NCBI GenBank assembly: GCA_963514005.1
Contig: OY740821.1
Span: 14,260,001-14,324,000 of the forward strand
Length of the DNA: 64,000 nt
Source of the DNA: Raja brachyura
Lineage: Eukaryota
Reading direction: 5' to 3'
The translations under genes were made by a program, and so were the position numbers. Numbering within the stretch: position 1 is the first letter of the stretch; each line of letters starts with the position of its first letter. Shown here in pieces: positions 1 to 12,310 of this stretch. A model generated the notes under the pieces. The model was not told where the DNA came from, made no database searches, and saw only the letters and a program-made list of their open reading frames with translations.

Positions 1-459
1 TGGGCCTTGTTTTGGTCAGATCAGAAACATGCTAAATTATTGGAGCGCTTTTGAGAATGGCTGCAAGAACCAAGAACATACATGTAGGTTTAAGAGCAAG
101 AGGTGAAAAGGCATTCAGCTGTTTCATTGTCAGCAACAAGATGATCTTCCAGAACCTCCAAAGCAGCAAAGCCACAGCATCTCAAACCTCTTATCCGTGT
201 GCCCTTTTGACTTGTTGAACTAATTCCCATTTTGCTCTCAGTAGAATGGGAAAGGGATTACATTTTAAGTATTATTTTGTATCACTGGATACTCACCTCA
301 CCTTCACTAAGAGTATTGTTTTTGGAAGGGATTGGTAATGGTGAAACAATTCAGGTACACAGACTAAAGAATGGTGTACAGAACAAATACTGGGCAGGAT
401 AATAATGCTACAGCTATTAAGAAGCTATCAATGTCATCAATGTGCATAACCCAGTTCCT

Positions 460-1215
460 GTGACAAATGGCATGCCTCAGGGTTCAGTGCTGGGCCTATT
501 GTTGTATGTCATCAATATCAATGATTTGGATGAGAACATACAAGGCATGATTAGCCAGTTTGCAGATGACACTAAAGTGGGTGGCATTGAAAACAGTGAA
601 GATGGTTGCCATAAATTACAGCAGGATCGTGATCGGTTGGCCAGATGGGCTGAGGAATAGTTGATGGAATTCAATGCAGAGATGTGCGAGGTGCTGCATT
701 TTGGGAAGTCTAACGAGGCCGGACATCCACCGTGAATGGCAGGACTCTGGGGAGTGTTGTAGAGCAGAGGGATCAAGGAGTGCAGGTACATAGTTCCTTG
801 AAAGTGGCGTCACAGGTAGATAGGGTGGTCAAGAAGATTTTGGCACGTTGGCCTTCATCAGTTCGAGCATTGAGTATAGAAGTTGGGAGGTCATGTTACA
901 GTTGTACAAGACATTGGTGAGGCCACATTTAGAGTATTGTGCTCAGTTTTGGTCACCCTGTTATAGGATATAAGTTATTAAGTTGGAAAGGGCGGAGAAG
1001 ATTTACAAGGATGTTGTCAGGACTAGAGGGCCTGAGCTAAGAGGTTGAGTAGACTAGGATCTTATTCCTTGGAGCGCAGGAAGTTGAGGGGTCATCTTAT
1101 AGGGGTGTATAAAATCATGAGTGGAATAGATATGGTAAATGTACTTTTATCCAGAAATCAAGAACCAGAGGTGTGGAAAGTTGGGCCAAAGGGCCTGTTC
1201 CCACGCTGTATGTCT
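460..1215 (+). mobile_element. Decayed CR1 LINE ORF2 (RT) 3' fragment
   Basis: Translates to PQGSVLG...INDLDE...FADDTK RT motifs and the CR1 C-terminal block; broken by stops and frameshifts; boundaries approximate. Confidence 0.85.
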
Positions 1216-2383
1216 CTTACAAAGTTTCAACAGGCAAATATATTTCCCTCAACTAGACAAATCAGAAATGGCAAGAAAATAAATTAATTGTAATATGAAT
1301 ATTCTACACACCGTCTCACCCAGAGAACAAACAGTTTTGAAGTACTTTGTAGATTCTAACTTGGGCATGGAAGCAGATTTTAGAATGGGAAGCGAGCTCG
1401 TAAGTGTGCATATTACCACGTTCTCTGAATAAAACCCAATTCAAACGGTCGCACCTTCCACGTTGAAAAAGTGTTCACAGACAGAATTAAGGTACCCTTC
1501 ATCAAATACACAAAATTGTCCAAACACATTACAGTACTAAAATGAATTTCATATCAGTGGCACCCCACTCAAAATAAAATTGGCAAAAATATTCTTATGG
1601 AGTCAATGCCTCTTAATTATCATGCAATGGGGGAACAAATAGCGATTAGGAAGAGAGGCAAGATTTGTGACAGGTGTAAGACAAGGTAACTTCTGTACAG
1701 CCTTGGGTTAATGGTGGTGCAGCCAACATACAGGTGACTGGATTCAGGATCCATTAAGCAAACAGTTCACTGTTGAGCGCTGGGTAGTGCAGTATAGTTC
1801 ACGCGGCCTCTTTGTGCCTCGGAAGGTTTCCATCCAAGATTATGAGGTGTTCCCTTTCGAGGAAATTAACCAATAAAGTTACTCAGATCTGCCCAGGAGC
1901 CAAGAGCAATGGCAGCTCAGTCAGAGGAATACCAGACTTCACCGATGCTGGAGGTGGCTTGAAATGCAATGCAAGATTAATCTGAAGCATTCCCTCTACC
2001 GATGTCAACCACTGCTTGACTGTGCATGTGCGAGAAAGGGCATACAGCCTTGTGGGGAAAAAGAATACATGTCTTTTTTTATAGGTAAAAGAGAATATGT
2101 CACAGTTGATTCAACCACAAGATCTCAATAACCAGGCTGTGGCAGCCTACAATCGTCTCCTATCTCCAGCCTTTCGGGTAGCAAGAAAGGGGCAAGTTTC
2201 TGTTTAAATCCAGATTGAATGAACCTTCCACTTCTTTAAAAAAGCCCCAACTTCAATCTTCTGCTACTTAAAAAAAAAAAGGTTTTGTGTTGTACTTAAA
2301 AAAACATCCTAAATAAATAGACATTTAAATCAGCAAAAAGCTACAAGCAATTGTGCAAACTAGCTACAGAATACAGAAATGGA

Positions 2384-3361
2384 TTACAGAGTTACTGGGT
2401 TTGCTGCTGGGACATCCTCTGGGGTCTTCAGACCTTCAGACTGGCAAAACATCTTCTGCACAGCTGGCTCAGCTGCACAAAGGTCACTCTCAGAAGCCCT
2501 GAGGCAGCCACCTTGAAGGTTTGAATTGAATTGGGGCTCCTGCTTAGGATGTTCAGTGTGCACAGTGGTACCATAATTGACTAATGCAGCACTGACATCC
2601 ACCGAAGGAAATTGGATGTTCTGATATTTAGAGGTCCCTGTGTTTTGAGAAAAGTGCTCAGTGACAGGCACGTATGATGCCAATGAACCACTGGTAGCAG
2701 CAACCAAATTTTCTACAGTGGTTTTCTTTGGGTAATCGGATTCTAAAGCCGCTTCCACATAATCACCCTCCCTATCGCTGCAGTTCACACCGACAGCACA
2801 GCTCGGGTTTATTTGATAATACAACACAGTGGAATTTCTTAAATACGTCTGTTCCTCAGGCGTCGGGTTATCCTGAACAGCACTGTCAGCAAAACACAAC
2901 ACAGGAGAAACAGGAGTCACTTCTGCTTCGATCACAACTGGCGTCGCTAGGCCTTGGCACGCTTCACTGGCGCTAGCTACTGTGTCTCCTAATATACAAA
3001 CTTCTAGGCTTTCTACACTGGTATCCATGGTTACACTAGAACTGGTTAAATCAGCCTCTTCCTCCTTTTTCCTGTCCATCTCCTCCGCAGACTGTAAGTG
3101 CATCACTGCAGTCTCGTTCTCCAAGTCATAATTTTCCGCAGCAAAATCCTGGTAGTCCTGCGTTTCCGTGTGGCTGCCGCTGGAGGCATGGGTGACGGCC
3201 AGCGACAGCTGCTGCAGGTCCTGCTGCTTGTTCTCCAGTTCTAGCTTCATGATGGTGTGCAGGTAGTGAGTCCGGACGCGGATGGGGTTAAATTCAATCC
3301 GGCCAGCCACGTTGGCGCAGCCATCTTTAGAGCAGCCACAGGGAAAGGACATCCTGTCCAC
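2384..3361 (-). CDS. CSRNP2: Cysteine/serine-rich nuclear protein 2, last coding exon
   Basis: Acceptor ttaag|GTG (phase 0). [39 protein letters not shown] and [14 protein letters not shown] match CSRNP2 as recalled; stop at 2384. Confidence 0.93.
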   Translation of the reverse strand: MDRMSFPCGCSKDGCANVAGRIEFNPIRVRTHYLHTIMKLELENKQQDLQQLSLAVTHASSGSHTETQDYQDFAAENYDLENETAVMHLQSAEEMDRKKEEEADLTSSSVTMDTSVESLEVCILGDTVASASEACQGLATPVVIEAEVTPVSPVLCFADSAVQDNPTPEEQTYLRNSTVLYYQINPSCAVGVNCSDREGDYVEAALESDYPKKTTVENLVAATSGSLASYVPVTEHFSQNTGTSKYQNIQFPSVDVSAALVNYGTTVHTEHPKQEPQFNSNLQGGCLRASESDLCAAEPAVQKMFCQSEGLKTPEDVPAANPVTL

Positions 3362-3479
3362 CTTAAGGACAAGAGACTGGTGTTAATACAGTTCAGAGGA
3401 ACAACTGCTAGTCGTTAAAGACTGTTGTGTCACACCACAAACGTAGCCCTTCTCAGTGTGGGAGGGCCAGCCCACAGTC

Positions 3480-3900
3480 CTTCGCATCGAGTCAGCCAGG
3501 ACTCTGTGAGCAGCACCCTTGTCCCCGAGGCTGAAGGTTGTGGGCTCACGTCTCACTTGGGAGGCTCGAGCAAGAAATCCAGGCTGAAATATCCAATACA
3601 GTGTTGGGGGGGGGGGGGGGGGGGTGCCGCACTGTCAGAGGCGCCATCCTTCAGATGTTCAGCCAAAGGCCTGTCAGTCCTGGAGTGGGAATAAAAGATC
3701 CCACGACATTATTCAAAAAGGACATGGTGTCCTTGGATGCAGCATCACTCAAGCACATTACCTGGCCCTTACTGCCTTCCTCTTTGAGCGATCACTTGGT
3801 GCTATTTGCCTGTCATTTTCTTTTACTGCAACTGTGACAACATTTCAAAGAAGAGCTTCATCGGTTGTGGACATCCTGAAAGGGGCTGTGAAAATGCAGG
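3480..3900 (+). mobile_element. Deu-domain SINE (SacSINE1/AmnSINE-like), diverged
   Basis: tRNA-like head followed by ctgtcagaggcgccatccttcagatg...aaaagatcccacgacattattc, resembling the Deu core. Related fragments near 12060-12135, 32200-32370 and 50350-50540. Confidence 0.6.
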
Positions 3901-4464
3901 CCCTACCATCTCCATGAAATTTGGAGAGCCTACATTTGCTGAATTACATCCAGACATTACCAACATGTCAGCTCAGATATTGTAGTTAAAACTGGAGATA
4001 AAACCTCTCAGAAGCACCAAGTATTGGGGGGGGGGGGGGAGGGGGGGGGGGGGGTTCCCAGTCGGGTACAGGCATTTAATCCAGGGTGACATCCTCCAAG
4101 CATGAAACCCATGGGCGCAGGAAGCATGTACATCGTAAGTTCACAAGTTCAAGGAGCAGAATTAGGGCAATCCGCCATTTAATCATGGAAGATCTATCTT
4201 CCCCTCTCAACCCCATTCTCCTGTCTTCTCCCCATAGCCCCTGGCACCTGTACTAATCCTCTTCAAATAATCTAACAGCCAGGCAACCACTTCAATCAGT
4301 GTCACAAAAGGATGGGCAGGGCTAATTCTTGTCACCCAGGATAGGTTGCTGCCGGCACTGTCCAGCTACCACTAGGACTGCATTGGAAGCAAGTTTTGCC
4401 TGATAGAAGTTGGGATGAACATCTCCAACCACCTCACACACCTTTTCGACCACAACTAACTCAA

Positions 4465-4592
4465 GGAAGAAGGGTCTTGACCCGAAAGGTCACCCATTCC
4501 TTCTCTCCAGAGATGCTGCCTGTCCCACTGAGTTACTCCAGCATTTTGTGTCTATCTTCGGTGTAAACCAGCATCTGCAGTTCCTTCCCACA
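4465..4592 (+). mobile_element. Penelope-derived short element (terminal-repeat fragment with degenerate hammerhead core)
   Basis: gaagaagggtcttgacccgaaaggtcacccattcc...ccagcatctgcagttccttcc; the same family recurs more than 10 times in the window. Confidence 0.7.
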
Positions 4593-5116
4593 CATAACTC
4601 ACGCAATAGTCTCCATATATGTCCCCATATTTGTCTCCTATTGTCTATTTACACAGTCATCATAACAGATTCTAACATTTAATCAGCTAACAACATAATA
4701 TAACGCATATGAGGCAGAAGGAAATAGAGGATCACACTGATGGATTTGAATGGTGAATGAGCTCAGGCAGGATGCCAAAGATTTGAAAATTGTGTCAAGT
4801 TTCTCCTCATCTGTGTTAGCCTTTATACTCTGACCCCTGGTTTAAGACTCTGCATCGAGCAGAATGTGTCTTTTAAATTCCAATGAGTTTACACCAATCT
4901 TCCTCCTCGTGGACAATCCTTCATCTAAGGAACCGATCCAGTGAATTAATGCTGCGCTGCCTCCAAAGCAGACATGTCCTTCCTTCAGCTTGAGACGGCA
5001 GACATTAGTCCAATGTGATCCCACCAAAGCCCTGTGCAACCTCAGCAAATATCCTTGCACTTCACTATCCATCCCCTCTTGTAATAAAGGTGAACGCACC
5101 ATTTGCCTCCTAATTT

Positions 5117-5822
5117 ATTATCGTCGACTTCAGGAAAACCCGGCACAGTCCCACACCACTTCACATCAATGACAGCGATGTGGAGGTGGTCAGTAGCACA
5201 AAGTTCCTGGGGGTGCAGATCACTAACAGTCTGACCTGGTCGAATAACATCTCATCAACAGTTAAGAGAGCGCAGCAGCGGTTGCACTTTCTGCGCCAGA
5301 TGAGAAGAGCTCACCTCCCCCATCCCATCCTCACTACATTCTACAGGGGCACCATAGAGAGTATTCTGACCAGCTGTATCTCTGTCTGGTTTGGGGACTG
5401 TAGAGCCTCCGACTGGAAGTCTGTGCAGAGAGTGGCGAGGACAGCGGAAAAAATCATCGGGACCTCTCTCCCCTCAATCGGGGATATTGCGACCAAACGT
5501 TGCGCGTCTAAGGCCAGCAGTATTATAAAAGACCCCACACATCTCCATCACGGTCTGTTCACTCTGTTGCCCTCGGGCAAAAGATATCGCAGCATAAGGA
5601 GCAGAACATCAAGGTTCTGCAACAGCTTCTTCCCACGAGCCATCAGACTCCTGAATGCCATGTAATGGGCTGCCACCATTGTCTATTTATCCTTTTATCC
5701 ATTTTATCCATGCCTATCCTTCTGTTAATTTATCGTGTTGCACAGGGAGCCATGTGCAACGTAATTTCGTTTGGAACTGCATATATCAATGTATTTCTAA
5801 ATGACAATAAAGTTTGTTTGAC
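5117..5822 (+). mobile_element. Rex1/Babar-type LINE, 3' part of ORF2 plus tail
   Basis: ORF 5180-5665 KFLGVQIT..LTW..KRAQQRLHFLR..FYRGTIESILT..NSFFPRAIRLLN; AATAAA and simple-repeat tail near 5806-5822. Confidence 0.85.
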
Positions 5823-6459
5823 TTTTTGGTTTTGTTTTTGAATTGTTCTCCACACCTACATGTTTATGTGCCTCATCTTGTGAACCAGCTGAGGCCAGGA
5901 CCCAGCGTGGTGGGGGCAGCCTACTGATGCTCACTTGTTCTGAGTTCATGAAGGATCGACGAGCCAATGACCTGGATAGGAAACCCTCATCCACACTAGG
6001 ATCAGGGAGGACCAAATTGGCAAATTTCAAGACCAGTCAGCTGCCAGGTTTGCATTGGCTGTAGTGACAACGTCTGCCCTGTCAGGATCTCTTGAAGAGG
6101 AGAGAATTCATAGTTACACCCACTTTAAAGGAGTCTAGAATGAGTAATGTCACGATTCTCTTCGACCAGAGTCTCGAACCAGGGGCTCCCGTGTGAGAAG
6201 GGGCTGCCAATTTAGCCCCGAGACAATCATTTTCAGAAATCTTTGGAATTCTCCCCACCGGTGGATCTCAGCCGGCAAGCAGTTGGAAGGCGAGGGTGGC
6301 TGAAAGTTCAGAATCGAGAGATCAGGCAAGAAAGTCGACAACAAGTAATGGAACAGTCTTGAAGGTCTTGTCTTGGTCTGATTTTATGGACTTAATTACA
6401 GAGAAACCCAGTAATTTCATGTCAGAAACATAATGCAAGGAAAGACACAGACATTTGAT

Positions 6460-7570
6460 CAATCCTTGGCCTCCTCCACTACCAGAGTGAGGCCACATGC
6501 AAACCGTAAGACCAACACCTCATATTCCACCTCGGTAAGCTATACCACCTACCTCCACCCACCAAATTACTGTCTTTCCATTTCCCTGCCCACATCATCC
6601 AATTCATTTCCTTTCCTCCACCTGCTGATCGCGCAGTCCACCCAACTCACCCCCACCATCCCTCCCTGTCATTCTACTCTTCACACCTCGCCCTCCTTAT
6701 CAGATTCCACCATTTGGACCCTTTTGTCTTCTCCACTTATCTCCTCCAGCCTTGGTAACTTTGAGTATAGGAGCAGGGAGGTTCTACTTCAGTTGTATAG
6801 GGTCTTGGTGAGACCACACCTGGAGTATTGCGTGCAGTTCTGGTCTCCAAATCTGAGGAAGGACATTATTGCCATAGAGGGAGTACAGAGAAGGTTCACC
6901 AGACTGATTCCTGGGATGTCAGGACTGTCTTACGAACAAAGACTGCATAGACTCGGTTTATACTCCCTAGAATTTAGGAGATTGAGAGGGGATCTTATAG
7001 AAACTTACAAGATTCTTAAGGGGTTGGACAGGCTAGATGCAGGAAGATTGTTCCCGATGTTGGGGAGGTCCAGGACAAGGGGTCACAGCTTAAGGATAAG
7101 GAGGAAATCCTTTAGGACCGAGATGAGAAGGACTTTTTTCACACAGAGAGTGGTGGGTCTCTGGAACTCTCTGCCACAGAGGCCAGTTCATTGGCTATAT
7201 TTAAGAGGGAGTTAGATGTGGCCCTTGTGGCTAAGGGGATCAGAGGGTATGGAGAGAAGGCAGTACAGGATACTGAGTTGGATGATCAGCCATGATCATA
7301 TTGAATGGCGGTGCAGGCTCGAATGGCCTACTCCTGCACCTAATTTCTATGTTTCTATGTCCACCCAACTCATTGGCCAATCAACCTCTCTCCTCATCTG
7401 GATTCACCTACCACTCGCCAGCTTTCACCTCACTCCTTGCCCTCGCCTCTCGCGACCAGCTTTCTCCCCCCCCCCCCCCCCCCCAACTCCATCAGTCTGA
7501 AGATGGGTCCTGACCTGAAATGTCCTCTGCCCATTCCCTCCAGCTCTCCATCCCTCAGTTTCTTTGCTAG
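6460..7570 (+). mobile_element. Old Penelope-like element split by a CR1 insertion
   Basis: Degenerate GIY-YIG C-terminus (ILGLLHYQSE...HLIFHLG) at about 6460-6540, pyrimidine-rich spacer, ctgaaga..gaaatgtc terminal motif at about 7497. Confidence 0.6.
6760..7360 (+). mobile_element. Young CR1 LINE, 5'-truncated
   Basis: FEYRSREVLLQLYRVLVRPHLEYCVQFWSP; (TTTCTATG)n tail; near-identical to copies at 27.6, 30.9, 49.5 and 54.1 kb. Confidence 0.92.
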
Positions 7571-7828
7571 GGATTTTTATCCTGCTGGTTTTGAGGTGAA
7601 CATGGACATTCAATAGCTTGCATCTACCAACTCCATCCCACTTTCCCAGTTGGGTTCTATTATAAATCTGTGCTGTATTATTAAGAATTTATAATCCGCT
7701 CCCATAGCATCAGGCATGTTAAAAAACAAAACAATTCACACAAAATGTTTGCACAAAAAATATAAGCCATTTTGCTCTCCTGGAGTTGTACAAAAGTCAT
7801 TCCTATTGGCCAGAAACTTAGACCTTAC

Positions 7829-8125
7829 CTGGCACTTGATTCCCGCTTTGCTACAGGGGCACACCTCGGGATCACAGTAAAACCTACAGTCACACCCGCA
7901 TTCCTCCCTGGATGAGCGAATGGCCCGTAGCTCGTGCTTTTCCTCCGTATCAATCCTGTTGACGCCCGATGCACGTAACAAAGCTCTTCGCCTTTTTGTG
8001 GGTAGTGGTTGTAAAAAGAAATAGTCATCTACCTCAATACTGTCCACATCAATGTCATCATCGGAAACGTCATCAATGGTGAGTACATTGGCCTCCTCCG
8101 ACTCAACCATACCGTTCTTGGTCAA
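7829..8125 (-). CDS. CSRNP2: CSRNP2 coding exon 3
   Basis: aacag|TTG ACC AAG ... TGC CAG|gtaagg, 297 bp, phase 0/0; [47 protein letters not shown]. Confidence 0.95.
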
Positions 8126-11100
8126 CTGTTGGGGAAAAGATTAGAGTGGTTTAAGTCCAGGTGCCTGTGCTGCAAGTACCCAGACTTGCGTGGCAAGACA
8201 GCCACTCAATTCTGCTGTGTGATTGACTAAGATCATGGGTGATCCTGTACTTCTCTGCCACCAAGTCCCCATTCCCTGTCGAAAGGATCCGTCAGATTCA
8301 GCCTTGAATGTACTGAACAAAAGGCTGTATGGGGGGGTAGAAGTGAATCCTAGAGGATCACAACCTTCTGCACAAAGGAATATCTCCTCAGCTTCGCCTT
8401 GAACAGGTGGCCCCTCAATCCTCACTGCTGGATTTACTCTCCAGTGTGAAGGTACCAACAACCCGGTCATTTGGCATCATTACACATCAGTGCAGTACCT
8501 TCACCTGCCCAGATCACCCCTTTGCACCAACTCTGGCACAAGGCATTCACGGAGGGTTGGTCACTTCTCCTTCCTGCAACTGCTCTACCCCTCAGGCTTT
8601 GTGGTAGGGCAATCAATCTGAAGAAGGGTCCAAACCCGACCTGTAACGTCACCTGTACACGTTATCCAGAGATGCTGCCTGACCCGCACAGTTACTCCAG
8701 CACTTTGTCTCTCTAGTTTGCAAACTAGCATCTCCAGTTCCTTGTTTCTCCATTTCCAAGGAGAGGTGTTTGACAGCTCTTGATATAGGTTGCTGGATGG
8801 AATCTTTGGTACAAGAACAACAAAATGGTGGCACCATGGTAATCTGCATCCCTCCACAATGCTTGTATTATCTCTCGATGTGTGGAAGGGGAGGTGGGAG
8901 GAAGATCAATCAACATCGGCTGTGGCCCCAAGGGTGTCCACACTGCACTGGAAGGTATTTGTGCAAATCTTGTAAATCAAGTTTCAGATTACTTCATCCT
9001 CAAACCCATAGCCCTTAACATGACCTTTGTTTAGGACAGAAACCAGGAATGCAAGGCGAGGTTACAATGTTTATTATAAAATGCTAATAAAACAAATTTT
9101 CCTCATTTGAGAAAAGTACACAAAGGTAGTAAGAGGCTCTTTCAATGTCTCCATAAAATGCTGAAACACCATTTCAGAGATATCCAGTGAAAAGTGCGCA
9201 TGAACTCTTTCAGGTTGGTAAAGTAGTCACTGTTTTGCCATCGTCAGCCTAATCACTAAACGGGGCCACGGCCTGCAGGAAGAAAACCAATAGAAAAAGA
9301 CAATTACTCAAATGACGATGCAAATGTGCTAAACTTTCACTAAAGAGTATCCGTTTTCATGGACCTCCATGGTTCATCTAAGTGATTCATAATGGTGCGC
9401 GGCCAAAGAGCCCAGTCACCTGAGGTAGGCTTCTCTGGACCAGTTACAATATTCCAAACTCACAGGGAGAGCACGGCCTGGCAAAGTTCAGTCTTGCGTG
9501 TGGCGTGGGGTAGTTTGCAACAGGTTATGCAAGTGGCCATGGTGGAGCATCATCACAAGGGAACAATGTGCACAAGAGCAGAGCATGCCGAACTGCACTG
9601 AACCGCTCATATATACGCACACATCCACTCAATGGCGAGCTGGCAGAGTACTGTGGGTGAACTGCAAGTAGCAACACATAGGGGCTTCATCAAGGAGACT
9701 ACAGTGAGTGTGCAAGCCATTTGTCACAGCCCAGCAGTTTCCATGAAGTGTCAATCTATAATTATCCCCGACATCATCCCTTGGATTCTAAACCGAGGAG
9801 TTATTCGGATTTATTTGTATTTATAAACAGGATTCACTCCACGCGATCTCATCCGAGGATGAGCCTCAGTTCCCCATTTCCACTGTCCCATTAGGGGGAC
9901 AGTGGGGGCAAGGGAGGGCTGGGGAGAAGATCCTTTAGACCCGTGGTTTCATTTGAGAAGGATGAATTTTGGAGCGCGTCTCTGCTCAGATTGCACTCCT
10001 TCCAAACATTAAATAAACAGATTCCATCTGAAGCCCATTTCTAAGACCACCATTCTGAGCCATTGTCTCTTCCTCCCACCTATCATGTCCCCTCTCTCTC
10101 TCTCTTCCCCCCCACCCCTCTCTTGCACTGCCAAATAAGAAGGGTTTTTTTTTTAAACAAAAACAATTCTGAACACCTTCCACGTTCAGAACTTTGTTTT
10201 GGCTTTTAATTTGTTGTTTTGGATCTGGGTATCACTGGCAAGGTCAACATTCAGTGCCATCCCCAACTGCCCTTGAGAAGGTGGGGGTGAGCCACCACCT
10301 TCAACTGTTGCCGGCCTTCTGGTGAAGGTGCTCCCACATTGCTGTTGGGGAGAGTGTTCCAGGAGTCAGATCAAGTGACAAGGAACAGCTGAGACCACAT
10401 TTACTGGTTGGGATGGCAGGCAACTTGGAGGGGGAACCTCCCGGCGATGGTGTACCATGCACCTGCTTCCCTCGACCTCGGGATAGTTAGCACGACTGTG
10501 GGGAAGGTCCTGTCTCCCAAATTTTATATAGGAAGTGAAGATGATTGACGAGGGTAGGGTAGCGAATGTTGCCTACAATTTGCTTGAGCCGGGGGCATCA
10601 GGCTTTGATAGGTCTCTGTACCAAACTAAATGCATTGGAAACATGAATAACTAAACCACAGCAACAAGAGCCGATCCGTCTCTTAGGGCACCAGCAATTC
10701 AAGAGCAGCCTTGAGCATTACCTTGAGAGACAATGATAACAAGGCTTTACATTGAATTGGCCCTGAAGCTGCAGATAGGAGAGAAAAATAAAGTTGATGA
10801 CTTGGTGATGAGGTGGAACATAAATGCTAAAGACATTATATTTATCTCAAAGAACACTCTCCCTGGAAAGTACTAGTTACTGATACAATTTGGTGCAGTG
10901 TGCTTCTTCAGCACACATGGCCATGGGAAGCTTATTGTAATTTTGCTTGTTATAATTTTACAAACAACTGTTTTACTCCATATCTCAGAATGCATTTCTC
11001 CCATGTAAGTTAAATGATATAAACACACAGAAATGCTCTGAAAATCAGGGCTGTGGTGGTGGACTGAGAACATGCACACAATCGTCCAATGACTACTTGC

Positions 11101-12145
11101 TCTCTGCACTCGGGTGCTGGCAGGTTGAATTTTATGACATTAAAAGCAAGAATATCATTGTCCTGTCTGGGACACACGACAATAAACTCTCTTGACTCTT
11201 GAATCTACCTTTCAAGTTTTATTCACACCTTTGTTTTACAACAATACATTTGCTCTTTCTAAAAATTATGGAACAGCGAGGCAGTTCACATGAGACACAA
11301 TTCCCCCCCATAAACCACCCACAGCAGGGCTGGGGGTAACTCGCTTCAAATCAGCTGCCACTCTTGTGCCTCCATCTTGTGCTACAATGTTCGCTGGGGT
11401 GAAGGGGATGACGTTTGAGCAGCAATTGGACAGCTGGTCCTATGCTCACAGGAGTTTAAAAGAACGAGAGATGATTTGAGGGGGATACTGAGAGAGGATG
11501 TTTCCCCTTGTGGAAAAACTTAACCCCTTATTGTGCATCGCGTGTTATCTAATTAAGACAGAGAAGAGGTGGAATTCTTTATATTGACGGACATGAATCT
11601 TCTCTCCTCTGGAGAACTGTGAAGGAGGAGTCAATGAATATATTACAGGCCGAGACAGAGTTTTCAACCTTCAATCAGTCAGGGATAATCAGGCAGGAAA
11701 GTGGAGCCAAGGCGAAGTTCAGATCAACCATGATCTTAGTTTGTGTGGGGCAGGCTCGAGTGGCCCTCCCGCTCTTATTTAAAAATACATTTGGATAAAT
11801 ATATGGATAGGAGGGGTTTAGAGGGTCATGGGCTGAATGCAGCAAACAGGACTAACTTGGTCAGCATGCACAAGGTGGGCCAAAGGGCCAGTTTGGTGCT
11901 GTATGGCCCTATGATTATGGGAGACTATTTCTTATGTTACTTCTCTGTGAGAGTTGACTCTCTTCCTATTAATTCATCCCAAAGCTTTCCTGGGGTCTCC
12001 CACCGGAGGCGTTGGTCTCAGTTGTGTCTTGCTCCTCCAATGGACCCTCCCACTCCCCTTTTCCATGAGTTATTAAACCGAGGGGCCTCTTCCTCTGTGC
12101 CTCGGGTTTACACAAGATTCCTAAAGGCACTACTCTGAAGAAGGG

Positions 12146-12310
12146 TTTGAGAAGGAACTGCAGATGCTGGAAAATCGAAGGTAGACAAAAATGCTGGAGA
12201 AACTCAGCGGGTGAGGCAGCATCTATGGAGCGAAGGAAACGGAGCGAGATTTTCTCCGCTCCATAGATGCTGCCTCACCCGCTGAGTTTCTCCAGCATTT
12301 TTGTCTACAT
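12146..12310. mobile_element. Palindromic Penelope-derived element with 12-bp flanking direct repeat
   Basis: Inverted arms about 12181-12232 and 12257-12308; tctgaagaaggg at 12134-12145 and 12311-12322. Confidence 0.75.

Noticed and set aside
3606-4054. Poly-G/poly-C runs here and elsewhere as functional G-quadruplex elements
   Set aside because: Common homopolymers, often within repeats and of unreliable length; no supporting context
6433-7215. 260-aa ORF as a novel gene
   Set aside because: Chance read-through from decayed Penelope sequence into a CR1 RT fragment
12134-12145. ctgaagaaggg at 12134 and 12311 as hammerhead ribozymes
   Set aside because: Not followed by stem II and GAAAC; they are the flanking direct repeat of an insertion
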